Shown in pieces: positions 38,214 to 39,186 of a DNA stretch of 39,186 nucleotides. The stretch lies in assembly GCA_040752415.1 (NCBI GenBank), contig JBFMGU010000083.1:1-39186 (forward strand). Reading direction: 5' to 3'. The position numbers were made by a program, and so were the translations under genes. Origin of the DNA: Myxococcota bacterium (lineage in GTDB: Bacteria; Myxococcota; JACRCW01). The notes below the pieces were generated by a model. It was not told the DNA's origin and made no database searches. It saw only the letters and a list, made by a program, of their open reading frames with translations. Position 1 is the first letter of the stretch; the number at the start of each line of letters is the position of its first letter.

Positions 38214-38966
38214 ATGGCTTCCGAGTTTGCGCGCCCCTTCCTGCTGGACCCTGTCAATGAGGAGTACCTGGCGGGAAAGCGCCCCGCGCCGATGGTGGGC
38301 GGACCGGGGTGCGCGCCCGTGCTCACCGCGCTGTTTCTCGTCGCGGGATTGGTCTTCGGCGCGGTGGTGGGTGAGCGCTGGTGGGAATGGTTCCAGCTGA
38401 AGGCGTTCGCGCAGTCCACGCAGGGGGTGGTGACGTCCAGGCGAACCACGCTCGTCACGCGGGGGCCCGGTTTCTACGTTTCGTACCGTTACGACGTGGC
38501 GGGGAAGTCCCATGAGACCTCCCAGCCCGTTCCCCCCGCGCTCCACGACGTCATCCCAGAGGGAACGCAGGTGGAGGTGCGTTACAGCACGCGGGACCCC
38601 GCGGTGGCGGAGCTGGCACGGGATGCACGGCACGGCGGCGTGACCCTGTTGATCATCACCCTGCTCTTCCCGATCTGGTTGCTGCTGCCCTCGGGGTTGC
38701 TGGTGCTCTTTGCCCTGCAGTTCCGACGACGACGCGCGTTGTTGCGCGGACAGCGCATCACCGGTGAGGTGGTGACCTGTACCGGGACGCCGACGGGGGC
38801 GGAGCTGGGCGTGGACGTCACCTATCGGTTCACGACGCCGGAGGGAGAGACGCGGACGGAGCGTGCGTTCCTGCGACGGAAGGACCTCACGCCCCAGACG
38901 TTGCCCGCGCCGGGGACGCCGGTCGTCGTGCTGTATGCGGGACGGACGAACTTTCTCCTGTTGTGA
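38214..38966 (+). CDS. DUF3592-like membrane protein with two similar beta-domains
   Basis: TM, GVVT...VSYRYDVAG...G..V.VRY...DP, TM, GEVV...VTYRFTTP.G...PG.PV.VLY. Confidence 0.7.
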   Translation: MASEFARPFLLDPVNEEYLAGKRPAPMVGGPGCAPVLTALFLVAGLVFGAVVGERWWEWFQLKAFAQSTQGVVTSRRTTLVTRGPGFYVSYRYDVAGKSHETSQPVPPALHDVIPEGTQVEVRYSTRDPAVAELARDARHGGVTLLIITLLFPIWLLLPSGLLVLFALQFRRRRALLRGQRITGEVVTCTGTPTGAELGVDVTYRFTTPEGETRTERAFLRRKDLTPQTLPAPGTPVVVLYAGRTNFLLL

Positions 38967-39186
38967 TCGCGTGGACGCGGGGTGACGTGTTGGCGTGGCG
39001 CAGGTGTGGCCCCCCCACCCGGCCGCCTGCCGTCTTCACGGAGTTGTCGTCGTGGCGGCCGACCTCCCCCACGGCGTGGGGAGGTGTGGATGTGCCGCCT
39101 CGTTCGTCCATCGCGCACAATGGGCGGCACGAGCCCGCTGAGGCCCTGTGCCGCGCTGAGCCCAATGAACCCAACCGGCGCGGCAC

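Noticed and set aside
38967..39186. Hairpin ACCTCCCC/GGGGAGGT (39062-39085) and a possible gene start at 39165
   Set aside because: No U-tract after the stem, and too little sequence remains before the window edge to support a gene call.

Overview
High-GC bacterial chromosomal window with about 28 credible protein-coding genes. It is probably from a myxobacterium (Myxococcota), inferred from a TIGR02266-like PilZ domain, DAG-rich lipoproteins and a myxobacterial-style FecR protein. No rRNA, tRNA, CRISPR array, transposase or integrase was recognised. Ordinary genes: folB, waaA/kdtA, a Ser/Thr kinase, a lipase maturation factor, KtrAB-type K+ uptake, mgtE, an ECF sigma/FecR pair, glgP, an OmpA/MotB lipoprotein, a TonB-C protein and DUF3592. 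The main signal is a dispersed alginate-like (polymannuronate-type) exopolysaccharide system. It comprises an Alg8-like GT2 polymerase next to a WecC-type nucleotide-sugar dehydrogenase, an Alg44-like PilZ/membrane-fusion protein coupled to a PL14-like lyase and an SGNH hydrolase, a PL5 alginate lyase behind a 14-repeat Lig-like Ig protein, and a frameshifted AlgG-like epimerase remnant next to a perfect 24-bp inverted-repeat element. Other oddities are a PilZ-like protein joined to an Hsp70 substrate-binding domain with no ATPase domain, an orphan DpnA-like methyltransferase, and a possible internal start inside the FecR gene. All calls come from motif recognition by eye; no searches were run.
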